Source: a virus. From it: a stretch of DNA of 64,000 bases. The stretch spans positions 6,305-70,304 of the IMG/VR virus record IMGVR_UViG_3300027896_005310. One strand, 5' to 3'. This document shows, one piece after another, positions 18,830-28,090 of this stretch. How positions within the stretch are numbered: position 1 is the first letter of the stretch; each line of letters opens with the position of its first letter. The position numbers were made by a program, and so were the translations under genes. Under the pieces are notes generated by a model. It ran no database searches, was not told the DNA's origin, and saw only the letters and a program-made list of their open reading frames with translations.

Positions 18830-21304
18830 TTATATATCCTCATCAGAAAAATTCAATTCTAACCAATTATTAAATATAATATCTGAACAAAAAACATAAT
18901 TTTTTAAATCATCTTTTAAATGAAAATAAGGTTTTGTTTTATTAAACATTCTTTTATATCTAGTAGAAGGTATATTTTCTAATCTATCAAGTTCATAAAA
19001 AGAAAGTATTCTACCATATTTTAAACAAACACTTCTATAATCTATTATTTTTTGCTTTGAACTATTAAATTCTTTATTCAAAGGCAATCCCGCAAAAATT
19101 AAAAAATTATTCCAAGAATCAAATTTTTTTTCTATTGTAGAAGTACTATATGGAAATAAATCAAAATTCTTTTTAAGAAATTTTCGACTAGTGTTAATTT
19201 TTTGATTATATAAAGCATTTATTTTTTTAACACAATCATCTATATTAAAAAATAAATAATCTTTATTAAGCGATTTTTTTATTATTTTTTCTTCAATTTT
19301 TCTAGAAATTTTATCAATACTGTTTTTTTGAAGAATAAATAAATTCTCATATTTTGTAATATGTTTGTTTTCTTTTTTATTATAAATACTGCCTAAAGGA
19401 ATATAATATTTAGCAACAAGTCCAAATTTATTATCACATAATATAAAAAAATCTTCTATAAGATTATAATTCTCATAATTATTTAAAACTATAGCATAAT
19501 ATCCTTTATCTACTAATAAATCATAAATATTCTCAATAGTTTTTTTCAAAAAATTTTCACGCCAAATCTCATATAAAGGATATTGTTTAATACTTTGAGT
19601 TTGTTCTTCAGAATATTTTTCTAAATCAAAATAAGGAGGACAAGATAAAACTAGCCCTATTTTGTTTTTTAATTCTAAAGGACAATATTTTTCAGAACAA
19701 TTTTTAATAATTTGAATATTTTTATTAATATTAATTTTTTCAATCATTTTTAATGAAGCTTCAAAAGTTTCTGAATTAGGATCTAAAGATATAATGTTAT
19801 TTATTTTTGAAAATAAAGTACCTAATAATTTACCACCATATCCCGCATCGGGAAGATAAACATAATCATTTATGTCAAAATTATCACAAATCCATCTAGC
19901 AACCATTGGTTTAAAGTTAGCAACTGTTCTAAACATTAAATCAATACCTGTACGCATAGGAGAATGATTAACGCCTTCTGCATAATTAAATCTATTTAAT
20001 ATTAATTTTTTTAAATTTAAATCATCTAACCAAGAATTAAAAGGAGAAGCATAATTTTTATAATTAGCTTTATAAATATGAGGCATAAAAAATTTACAAA
20101 TATCTAAACCTTGAGTTTTAAATTCCAAAATTCCATTTATTTCTTTTATTGTAGCTTTTTTAAAATTATTTAATTTATAATCCCATTGTTCATCATATAT
20201 TTTTATATAAGGAAAACCAACAGTTCGATAATATTTAAAAACTTGATCTATCCAAAGTTCTTTTTCATCTTCAGACAAAAGATGAAAAAGTCTAGATTTA
20301 TATTTTTTTATATTAAAATCATAACCTAAAATAGCTCTATTTCTAAATTCTTTTAATGTTTCTTCAGAGATTTGATTCAAAAATTCTATAGGAATTTTGT
20401 ATAACATATCTGGGGTAATATACTTTTTTATTATATTAAAAAAATTATCTTTATTTCTTATTCTTAAAAAATTCATACCAGTCATAGAGGGGTAATTCTT
20501 TATTACAATATCTAAATTTTCTTTTTCATTTAAAAAATTTACAAATTCTTTTAAATTTTCATTAAAAGCAGTGTTTATTATAGGATAATTATCCTTAAGT
20601 TCTCCATCCCCAAAATACCAAAAAGCTATATAACCATTATTCCAATTATTTTTTAAATAACTTAAAGGTATTATTTTTTGATTATCAATATAAAAAATAT
20701 CGCGCATAATTTTAAATTCTTTTGTAGCTTTTGTTTTAAACCCTATTTCTTTTTCTCCTTTTTTAGGAAGATCATAAAATATTTTAAGAGATAAGGGCAA
20801 TAAATCAATATATATTTTTTTAAGATATAAATCTTGAGAAATAGCGTGACTTTCTTTATAAAAAGCTGTTTCTTTACCAGAAAAATATACACCACCATCA
20901 CCTAATAAACTGCCTGTTACAATTATTTTTTGATATTCAGTTAAAGAAGCGATTGATCCTTGTTCTATAAGAATTTTAGATTTTAAACCTCTTTTTTTTC
21001 TATCATTTTTTATTTTTAAAGTAGAACAACCAAATTTTAATGCAAATTCTTCAAGAGTATTATTTAAATAATATTGATTGAATTCTTCATCAGTTAATTG
21101 ATTAATATTAGGATAACTTTTATTTTTAGATTGAAGTAACCTATCAAATTGAGATTTTGTCTTAATATTATATCTTTTTCTTAAATTTGAAATAGTAACA
21201 TCTGAACAATTATATAAATCACCTATTTCTCTATCACTCAAATTTTTTGTTACATATAAAGAATAAAGCAATTCTGAAGATAATTTTTTTTCAATTCCTA
21301 GCAT
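18830..21304 (-). CDS. HTH + LAGLIDADG endonuclease + amino-methyltransferase-like domain
   Basis: VTGSLLGDG and AFWYFGDG motifs; NFKPMVA, YLPDAGYGGKLLG (motif I-like), SCPPYFDLEKYS (motif IV-like); C-terminal TIEKKFDSWNN homing-endonuclease-associated repeat. Confidence 0.75.
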   Translation of the reverse strand: MLGIEKKLSSELLYSLYVTKNLSDREIGDLYNCSDVTISNLRKRYNIKTKSQFDRLLQSKNKSYPNINQLTDEEFNQYYLNNTLEEFALKFGCSTLKIKNDRKKRGLKSKILIEQGSIASLTEYQKIIVTGSLLGDGGVYFSGKETAFYKESHAISQDLYLKKIYIDLLPLSLKIFYDLPKKGEKEIGFKTKATKEFKIMRDIFYIDNQKIIPLSYLKNNWNNGYIAFWYFGDGELKDNYPIINTAFNENLKEFVNFLNEKENLDIVIKNYPSMTGMNFLRIRNKDNFFNIIKKYITPDMLYKIPIEFLNQISEETLKEFRNRAILGYDFNIKKYKSRLFHLLSEDEKELWIDQVFKYYRTVGFPYIKIYDEQWDYKLNNFKKATIKEINGILEFKTQGLDICKFFMPHIYKANYKNYASPFNSWLDDLNLKKLILNRFNYAEGVNHSPMRTGIDLMFRTVANFKPMVARWICDNFDINDYVYLPDAGYGGKLLGTLFSKINNIISLDPNSETFEASLKMIEKININKNIQIIKNCSEKYCPLELKNKIGLVLSCPPYFDLEKYSEEQTQSIKQYPLYEIWRENFLKKTIENIYDLLVDKGYYAIVLNNYENYNLIEDFFILCDNKFGLVAKYYIPLGSIYNKKENKHITKYENLFILQKNSIDKISRKIEEKIIKKSLNKDYLFFNIDDCVKKINALYNQKINTSRKFLKKNFDLFPYSTSTIEKKFDSWNNFLIFAGLPLNKEFNSSKQKIIDYRSVCLKYGRILSFYELDRLENIPSTRYKRMFNKTKPYFHLKDDLKNYVFCSDIIFNNWLELNFSDEDI

Positions 21305-21431
21305 TTATAATTCTCCATATTATTATTTTAATAGATTATAAAATAATTTAAAAATAAAGTAAAGGAGAATTCTAAAAATGTTTATTAAATTGTCTGCTAA
21401 TGAACTTAAAAAATTAGGATATTTGATTTTG

Positions 21432-21481
21432 AAAAAATTAGAAATGAAAAGCTTCTTAAAAAAGAAACTTTTCATTTCTAA
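21432..21481 (-). terminator. intrinsic terminator after major capsid gene
   Basis: ttagaaatgaaaag..cttttcatttctaa stem followed by T6 on the minus strand. Confidence 0.75.
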
Positions 21482-21494
21482 ATAAAACTAAATA

Positions 21495-22275
21495 TTATCT
21501 AGCAATAATCATACGACTTAATGCTCCTGGGTTATGACATCCCAAGCCAAGATTTTCAAAAATACTGAATCCAATAGTTCTAGCTTTGGGATCATCTGCA
21601 CTTAAAACGGTAAGTTCCGTTCTCACAGGTATCCTGCCTAGAAATTCGGCCTCAGCACAAATGTAAGCATATCCTACTGGAACTTTTCTAGAAACGATAA
21701 TTTGAGCACCCCAAAGATAAGCCATAAGACCTGTTTTTAATAAAGATGCTTGAGTTTCAATATCTAATATGTCGCGTCCCCATTTTCTAATATCCGTATA
21801 ATCTTTAGGATTCATGAAAATTCTAGCTACTCTTAAATCATGTCTTTCAACATCAGCAAAAGAATCAGCAAAGAAAGAAGCAGTAATAGGAGCTGCTACG
21901 TTAATATCAGGATTTGTTAATCCGTCATCAGCAGCTGCGCCAGCTACAGCATCAAAAATAGCAAAAATTCTACCATCTTCTTCGGCTTGAATTTCAGCTT
22001 TCGCTAGATCTTGCGCTCTTTCAATTAAGTCAAAGCGTCTTTCTTTTACTTGTGTCAATGGAATAGTAGGGTTTGAACTTAATTCAAACAATGGGAAAAT
22101 TACTCTTCTTGGTTTTTGAATTGCAAGAATGTTTTCACCCTCTTCTCCGATTACATAAGCAACAGCTCTTGGATCTTTATCATAAATTGGTAAAGCTCCA
22201 TCAGGCAATTGTTCAACTAAAAAGGCCCTACGTCCAATTGACGTATAGTCTCGTCTGAAGCGCAATGGTTGAATC
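21495..22275 (-). CDS. major capsid protein, exon 2
   Basis: RRDYTSIGRRAFLVEQLPDGALPIYDKD capsid-like sequence in head-module position; joins exon 1 in frame as AAS-M-IQPLRF, giving a 293-aa protein. Confidence 0.85.
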
Positions 22276-23402
22276 CATTTTGTTACTTAAACCTCTGTTA
22301 GAGGCGAATGAGCTTTTCAACTCATTTCTCATAGTTACCTATGAGTTCAGACTGTATCACCATTTCTGTTATTAAAACAGAAAGCCCGGCATGTCTTGAG
22401 AAATTACTTTCTCAAAATGGGAGTTATCATCATGCTCTATATAAATAGAGTTTAGATTTTCCCCAGTCGTTGAACCTTCAATGCTATTTCTAGCAAAGCT
22501 TGGCTGCTGATTGTCCTTACAAAATCTTTTTGGAATTTTATGATATAAATCTTCAGTAATTTCAGATTGAATATATTCCCAAGCTATATTATGACTTTCC
22601 TTTAAAACATGAATGTTTCCTTCACCTTCAGAATTCCAAGTAATAGAAACTTTAAGATTTAAAACATCTGCTAAAACATTAATCGCTTCTTTTGTTTTAA
22701 AAAAAGGATCAAAAGTGCAAATATCAAAACCATAACCAGTAGTACTTCCATCATCAAGGAACCAAAAAGCAAATCCTGAAGGAGTTAATTTTTGTAACCA
22801 TTGTGTAGAAATTATTTTTATACCTTCTGGATAAAGTTCTTTACGAAATTCTGTAAATTGAGGTAAAGCAAAACTTCTAGCGTCAACATAAGGAAATAAT
22901 TCTCCCCCTTCTTCAAAAGCTCTTTCACCATAAAATACTTTTGCAGTAAAGGGTTTCATAATTTCAGCTTGTTTTAACAAATACTTTTCTTGTTTGGTAG
23001 TATGTTGGCATAACCAATATCCTGTTCCTGATTTTTGAACAGCAATACAAGAATCACCTAATAAAGAACCATATAAAAATTGTTTTTGTCGATCTGAAAG
23101 AGGTACAAATCTTAAAGGGTTTCTTCGTAATCTATAATTAGGATCTGTTTTAATCCCATATATTTTACGTAATTTTCTAACCCAACTTCGAGAAATACCA
23201 TGCTCATTAGAAATTTCGGTATCACTAAATCCAATATACTCATATTGTTCACGAAGAAAATCTTCAGACAATATAGAAGATAAAGAATTTAATTTTTTTT
23301 GACTTATTATGATACCATTTATATTCATTAATTTTTTCCAAAAATCTTATAAATTGGAGTTTCCAGCAATTTACCGAGTTTAACGTCCACTGATTCTAGT
23401 TA
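22276..23402 (-). mobile_element. group I self-splicing intron, 1127 nt
   Basis: exon ends in U paired with G in P1 (GCGUCCAU/GUGGACGU); P10 GAAUC/GAUUC; P AAAUUGCUGGAAA, Q AAUCAGCAG, R UUCAACGACU, S GAUACAGUCU; terminal G at 22276. Confidence 0.92.
22372..23328 (-). CDS. intron-encoded LAGLIDADG homing endonuclease
   Basis: FLYGSLLGDS and FAFWFLDDG motifs with N-terminal HTH; 3' end reads through ribozyme elements Q and R. Confidence 0.88.
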   Translation of the reverse strand: MNINGIIISQKKLNSLSSILSEDFLREQYEYIGFSDTEISNEHGISRSWVRKLRKIYGIKTDPNYRLRRNPLRFVPLSDRQKQFLYGSLLGDSCIAVQKSGTGYWLCQHTTKQEKYLLKQAEIMKPFTAKVFYGERAFEEGGELFPYVDARSFALPQFTEFRKELYPEGIKIISTQWLQKLTPSGFAFWFLDDGSTTGYGFDICTFDPFFKTKEAINVLADVLNLKVSITWNSEGEGNIHVLKESHNIAWEYIQSEITEDLYHKIPKRFCKDNQQPSFARNSIEGSTTGENLNSIYIEHDDNSHFEKVISQDMPGFLF

Positions 23403-23503
23403 ATGGACGCGGCCAGTTTAGCTCTGCCAGCAGCTGTTTTAATATACTCTGAGATAACTTGTTCTTTTACCTCATTACTGGCGGGTTGATTGTTTGTTAA
23501 CAT
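23403..23503 (-). CDS. major capsid protein, exon 1
   Basis: AGGAGG RBS; MLTNNQPASNEVKEQVISEYIKTAAGRAKLAAS plus AT; unspliced frame stops two codons later. Confidence 0.85.
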
Positions 23504-23533
23504 AAAAAATTCCTCCTAAAAATATTAATATTT

Positions 23534-23565
23534 TCTGATACCATTTCCTTAAAGGCAGTATCAGA
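23534..23565 (-). promoter_or_regulatory. 5' UTR stem-loop motif, copy 1, upstream of capsid gene
   Basis: UCUGAUAC-UG-CCU(UUA)AGG-AAAUG-GUAUCAGA. Confidence 0.55.
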
Positions 23566-24127
23566 TTCTCATTATAAATCTCATATAAGGGTTAGCTGGA
23601 GTTGGAGATTGAGTAATAATACCAATTATTGTAGAAGCACCAGGAGCTTGTCCCCCGTTTAAACCAGCAGCAATAGTCAATAGACCATTTTGTGAACAAT
23701 AAAGTGGCAATCCATAAGCATAATTAGGTAAAATTGAATTAATTCCATTAAAATCACTTGTTTCATAAAGATTTACTTCATAAACTCCCATACCCATTAC
23801 GAAGACACCTTTTTCAGAAGCAGCAGCAGAAGATGATTCATAAGCGTTTCCAGCTAAATCATTAACATATAGTCCTACGATTGAATCAGTTGGTCCTGAA
23901 CCAGCTCCTACAAGTCCTTCAGCTTTAATCGCAGCAACTGAACCAGCTAAACAACCTAATTTTGTAATTCCAGCTGTAGTAGTATTAGCTACTAATTGAG
24001 CAGTCCCTGTAGTATTTGATTTTGTGAAAGCAGCACTTACTAGACCCTCAATTGAATTTCGAACACCTAAATAAAGAATCCTTAAAATTCCACCGCCTTC
24101 TACAAGAAAACCAGTTGTACTTGACAT
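23561..24127 (-). CDS. head decoration/cement protein
   Basis: G/A/S/T-rich 188 aa directly upstream of the capsid gene; AGGAGG RBS; LYCSQNGLLT..IIGII pattern. Confidence 0.7.
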   Translation of the reverse strand: MSSTTGFLVEGGGILRILYLGVRNSIEGLVSAAFTKSNTTGTAQLVANTTTAGITKLGCLAGSVAAIKAEGLVGAGSGPTDSIVGLYVNDLAGNAYESSSAAASEKGVFVMGMGVYEVNLYETSDFNGINSILPNYAYGLPLYCSQNGLLTIAAGLNGGQAPGASTIIGIITQSPTPANPYMRFIMRI

Positions 24128-24157
24128 AAATTATTCCTCCTAAAAAATTAATAATAA

Positions 24158-24192
24158 AATCACCATTTTCCTATTTAAATAAGACAGTGATT
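24158..24192 (-). promoter_or_regulatory. 5' UTR stem-loop motif, copy 2, upstream of decoration gene
   Basis: AAUCAC-UG-UCUUAU(UUAA)AUAGGA-AAAUG-GUGAUU. Confidence 0.55.
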
Positions 24193-24332
24193 ATTTTTTT
24201 AAACAAAAGATGCGCAATATTAATTGATTATTTTTAAAAAAACTTTTACATTCAAAAAATAAATTAGTAATATTTATATAGATTTGATTTTCAAAATTAT
24301 AGAATTAATTAATTTTTAAAGGAGAATACAAA

Positions 24333-24521
24333 ATGAGTACTTTTATTTTTACAGGAAAACCTACTTATGGTCTGACCACTAAAGATATTAAAGTTCCAAA
24401 TGGAACAGGTTTTACTATCTATGCTGGTGTTATTCCATTTACTACACAAATTAAAACAGATAATGCTGTTGAAATAGCTTATTTTAAATCTAATGTTCAA
24501 ATATTTAAGGCAATATTATAA
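24333..24521 (+). CDS. small putative virion protein
   Basis: AAGGAG RBS; 62 aa, predicted beta-rich. Confidence 0.6.
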   Translation: MSTFIFTGKPTYGLTTKDIKVPNGTGFTIYAGVIPFTTQIKTDNAVEIAYFKSNVQIFKAIL

Positions 24522-24533
24522 GGAGGTTTTTAT

Positions 24534-24731
24534 ATGGCACTTTTTAAATACATAGGATCATATGCTAAGGAAAATGGAAAAGTAGATGTGAACGTAGGCA
24601 GATATAGTTTTTTAAACATTACTCCAAACAATTTTGAAATTGAAGTTCCTGATGATTCAACAGAAGCTACTTGGTTAAATGTAGCTATAGATCCATTTGA
24701 ACAATCTTATTTATACGAACAACAAGTATAA
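24534..24731 (+). CDS. small putative virion protein
   Basis: AAGGAGG RBS; 65 aa; followed by terminator. Confidence 0.65.
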   Translation: MALFKYIGSYAKENGKVDVNVGRYSFLNITPNNFEIEVPDDSTEATWLNVAIDPFEQSYLYEQQV

Positions 24732-24747
24732 TTTTCTTTAACATTAT

Positions 24748-24786
24748 AAAATAAAAAAGCCCCAAATTTTGGGGCTTTTTTATTTT
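24748..24786. terminator. bidirectional intrinsic terminator
   Basis: aaaaaagcccca..tggggctttttt between convergent genes. Confidence 0.85.
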
Positions 24787-24813
24787 TAGCATTTAGATTG
24801 TATTAATTAATTT

Positions 24814-25983
24814 TTAATCCTTACGCCACAAGCTAGATAATTTTTCTATTTCGCTATTACCTTTAGAAGCAGTTACATTTTTCAATGTTTTAATTTTAGC
24901 TTCTACTTTTTGTTCAGGTTTTACTTCTTCTTTTTCTTCTTCTTCTTCCTCTTCTTCTGCAGCTTTAAAAAGTTGAGCTAAAATAGCTTCATCTTCTTTA
25001 GATGCCATAACTTCATTAAGATCATCAAAAGAGATATCTAAATTACCTTTTTTCTCTTCTACTTTCTCAGTAATTTCATCAATTTTCTCTTTTGGTTCTT
25101 CTTCACTTTTTTTTACTTCAGAAGATTCTTTTTTATCATATTCTGGTTTTTGTTCTTGTTGTGCAGGCAAAGGCAAAGGTTTAACTTCTTCAGCTTTTAC
25201 TTCTGGAGGAGTCATTTGTTTTTCTTCAACCTTAGTAGTATCTTCTTTTTTTTCTTCGGGTTTTACTTCTTCTTCAGCTTTTTTTCCTTTTTCTTCTTCT
25301 TCTTCTTCTTCTTCAGTTGCTATTGCATCTAAAACTGCTTCTACAATCGCAGCAATTTTATCTTTACTCATTTCATTTTTTTTATCTTCCTCTTCTTCCT
25401 CTTCTTCTTCAGCTTTTTTTCCTTTCCCTTCCTCTTCTTCTTCCTCTTCTTCAGCTTTTTTTACTTTTTCCTCTTCTTCTTCTTCCTCTTCTTCTTCAGC
25501 ACATTTTTTCTTTGTTTCCTCTTCTTCCTCTTCCTCTTCTTCACTTACAACATTTAAAACAGCATCAACGATTTTTGCTATTCTAGCTTCATTAATATTA
25601 TCTTCGAATTCACGAATTCTACGTAAAGTAGAAAGAACAGATTTATTTGACATAGTCATATAATCTACTGCTTGTCTTTCAATAACATCTACTGGAGCTT
25701 CTGGAAGCATAAGTTCTGCCATTTTTAAACAACGTAAAGCTTTTGCTTCTAATTCTTTTGCTTCATGTACCATATGAGCATATGTTTTCATTTTAGCATG
25801 TCCTGATGGTTCACGACCAGCAGCATTTTCTTCATCCCATGGACGATTCATGTTTGGGGTTTCAGCCCAAGAATCTGGATTTCCAGTTTCATATTTTTCT
25901 ACTGGTGGGTTTGGATGTGGAGCAGTCATAGTAGTAGGACTGTCATTTAAACCCATTGATTTCTTTGTTAATCGATCTCTCAT
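24814..25983 (-). CDS. scaffold/prohead core-like acidic protein
   Basis: poly-Glu tracts after repeated KKA; lies between protease-like and decoration/capsid genes; AGGAGG RBS. Confidence 0.6.
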   Translation of the reverse strand: MRDRLTKKSMGLNDSPTTMTAPHPNPPVEKYETGNPDSWAETPNMNRPWDEENAAGREPSGHAKMKTYAHMVHEAKELEAKALRCLKMAELMLPEAPVDVIERQAVDYMTMSNKSVLSTLRRIREFEDNINEARIAKIVDAVLNVVSEEEEEEEEETKKKCAEEEEEEEEEEKVKKAEEEEEEEEGKGKKAEEEEEEEEDKKNEMSKDKIAAIVEAVLDAIATEEEEEEEEKGKKAEEEVKPEEKKEDTTKVEEKQMTPPEVKAEEVKPLPLPAQQEQKPEYDKKESSEVKKSEEEPKEKIDEITEKVEEKKGNLDISFDDLNEVMASKEDEAILAQLFKAAEEEEEEEEKEEVKPEQKVEAKIKTLKNVTASKGNSEIEKLSSLWRKD

Positions 25984-26001
25984 TATAACCTCCTAAATAA
26001 A

Positions 26002-26352
26002 TTATTTATTCTTTTCCAAAATTTTATTTATAAAATATATTGATTCTTCTTTTCCTAATTTACCAAAATTTTTTTTAATAGTTTTGTATATAGCTATCAC
26101 ATCTTTATCTTTTTTCTGTACTATTAAATCCGTTAATTTATTTTCGTTTTCTACTAAAAATGCCATTTTTTCTATATAATTATCTAAAATCTTCTTATCT
26201 ACTTTAGCTAAAGGTCCTGTTTTATTTTGAAATTCTTCTAACTCTTGAGCAATTTTATCCAATTTCCAAACCATATTAAATGCCCAAAGATGATCAAAAT
26301 CTTCTAAATCTTTAGCTATTTTATCTATTTCAGTAATAACTTTTTTTAACAT
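26002..26352 (-). CDS. hypothetical head-module protein
   Basis: duplicated DKIAxxLE helix. Confidence 0.55.
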   Translation of the reverse strand: MLKKVITEIDKIAKDLEDFDHLWAFNMVWKLDKIAQELEEFQNKTGPLAKVDKKILDNYIEKMAFLVENENKLTDLIVQKKDKDVIAIYKTIKKNFGKLGKEESIYFINKILEKNK

Positions 26353-26353
26353 A

Positions 26354-26560
26354 TTACTTTTTCATTCTTTTAAGATGTTGTCTTCTTTTTAAAATTAATC
26401 TATTTTTCTGTCGCCATTTTCTATTGTACATTTTAATTTTAAATTTATTCTTTTTGTAGCGTAATTTATTTTTCATTTTTGTACGAAAATCAACTAGCTT
26501 TTTTCTCTTAAATAATCTTGGTTTGTAACTAATTATCTCCATTCCAATTATACCAACCAT
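26354..26560 (-). CDS. small highly basic protein
   Basis: K/R-rich 68 aa filling the gap between head genes. Confidence 0.45.
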   Translation of the reverse strand: MVGIIGMEIISYKPRLFKRKKLVDFRTKMKNKLRYKKNKFKIKMYNRKWRQKNRLILKRRQHLKRMKK

Positions 26561-28089
26561 TTTTTAGCTAATTTGTTGATTTCTACTTTTTCTAATATCT
26601 TCAATTCTCTATTTAATTTAGATTCAATAGCTTTTGTATATCTTCTAAAAGAAGGAAAATCCTTAATATTTAAAGCATTTATCACTTTAAATACATCCAT
26701 ATTAATAGAGTATTCTTTAGATATATAAGCAATTTTTAATATATCTGATGAAGAATATCCATTTTTCAATAAAGAACTAACTCCTTCTTTTCTTATTAAT
26801 TCTTTTGCTTTCTTTACTTTTTTTACTAAGTTAGATTGTATTATACTGTCATTTAAATTAACATCTTCTAAAGTATTTTTAAAATCTTCAGGTTTTAATC
26901 CCATTTCTTCAACTAATTCTTTTTTGATTTGATTCATCAAATTTTCCTTAAGTTGTTTTTTTAAAACATCGTAAGGAACTTTTTCTACTTTCTCTAATTT
27001 ATCATCTCCTACATCTTCTTCCATAGGAGCAGGAAGAGCATCTGATTCGGGAGGTTCTCCCAATTCTTTTAATTCTTCTGGAACGGGTTCTGAAGTTTCC
27101 TCTGGAGTTTCCTCTGGAGGAGTTTCCTCTGGAGGAGTTTCCTCTGGGGGAGTTTCCTCATTTTTAGCAAAAACTTTTTTCACTTTGTCTATTAAAAGAC
27201 ATGCAGAAATTACTCTTTGGGCAATATCTTTTAATTCCATAGATTGAATATTCATTATTGGTTCATATTTTTCAATAAAAGATTGTTTATCTATAGATTC
27301 TATCTCTAATTCATTTCTTAAAACAGCTCCCTTAAAAGCAGGGGTTTCCACCCAAGATCCTTCAATAAATTTATTAGAATCTGGGTACAAATAATGCCCA
27401 CATAATTCAGCTACACTTCTTTTCTTCCCGTCATTTTCACTTATAAAAGAATTTCTTTTAAGATATTGAATGTGGTCGCATAATTCAGTACTATCTGTTG
27501 CTACTCTTCCACATTCTGTACAAATAGTGAAACCCACTACTGCACCCATGCTTAAAGTAGTTAGTTTACCCGAAGTAATCTTTCTTACTAGATCATCATG
27601 CTTTTTATTAGTAGCTACTAAAATATCTACGAATAAAGATTTGCCACCATCTACTTCTCTTAAAGCTGCATCTAATATTTTACCTTTAGATAATTTTGGA
27701 TCTTGAACATGTTCTACATAATTTTCTGACCCAATAAAAGTTTTATAACTTTGCTTTAATAATTGTTTCGACCACGCATCTCCATTAGAATTAATATATT
27801 TAGTAGTTTCAGGAGTAATATAATAATCTTTACATCCTTCTAATTTTTCAAATTCTTTTCTCGTTTTTTCGGATGTAAAATGTACAGGTTTAGGAGCATC
27901 TTCTACTTCTACTGAAGCTATAATAGTACAATGTGTAAGTAAATAATCATTGGGATTAAAATCAGAAATAATTTTTTTAAAATCTACAATTTTATCTGAT
28001 GCTGTTTTAATTGTTCCTTTATTTAACCAAGAATCAATTTTTATTTCCGATTTTTCTATTTTTAGAGATGCTTGTTTTAAAAATGCCAT
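26548..28089 (-). CDS. putative prohead protease
   Basis: NSNGDAW..FIGSENYVEH..KGKILDA..LSMG..CTECG..CDH..FIEGSWVETPAF pattern and head-module position. Confidence 0.65.
   Translation of the reverse strand: MAFLKQASLKIEKSEIKIDSWLNKGTIKTASDKIVDFKKIISDFNPNDYLLTHCTIIASVEVEDAPKPVHFTSEKTRKEFEKLEGCKDYYITPETTKYINSNGDAWSKQLLKQSYKTFIGSENYVEHVQDPKLSKGKILDAALREVDGGKSLFVDILVATNKKHDDLVRKITSGKLTTLSMGAVVGFTICTECGRVATDSTELCDHIQYLKRNSFISENDGKKRSVAELCGHYLYPDSNKFIEGSWVETPAFKGAVLRNELEIESIDKQSFIEKYEPIMNIQSMELKDIAQRVISACLLIDKVKKVFAKNEETPPEETPPEETPPEETPEETSEPVPEELKELGEPPESDALPAPMEEDVGDDKLEKVEKVPYDVLKKQLKENLMNQIKKELVEEMGLKPEDFKNTLEDVNLNDSIIQSNLVKKVKKAKELIRKEGVSSLLKNGYSSSDILKIAYISKEYSINMDVFKVINALNIKDFPSFRRYTKAIESKLNRELKILEKVEINKLAKKWLV
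27094..27159. repeat. 15-bp tandem repeat encoding PPEET
   Basis: agtttcctctggagg units; protein reads EETPPEETPPEETPPEETPEET. Confidence 0.85.
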
Positions 28090-28090
28090 T

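Noticed and set aside
21378-21485. 35-codon + strand ORF with AAAGGAG upstream
   Set aside because: Runs through the capsid terminator hairpin and has no recognisable features
21495-22265. ORF-track TTG start for the capsid protein
   Set aside because: No RBS; explained as exon 2 of the spliced gene
24309-24500. 63-aa minus-strand ORF
   Set aside because: Shadow of the RBS-supported + strand gene 24333..24521
25150-25586. F/L-rich + strand ORFs resembling membrane proteins
   Set aside because: Antisense shadows of poly-Glu codons
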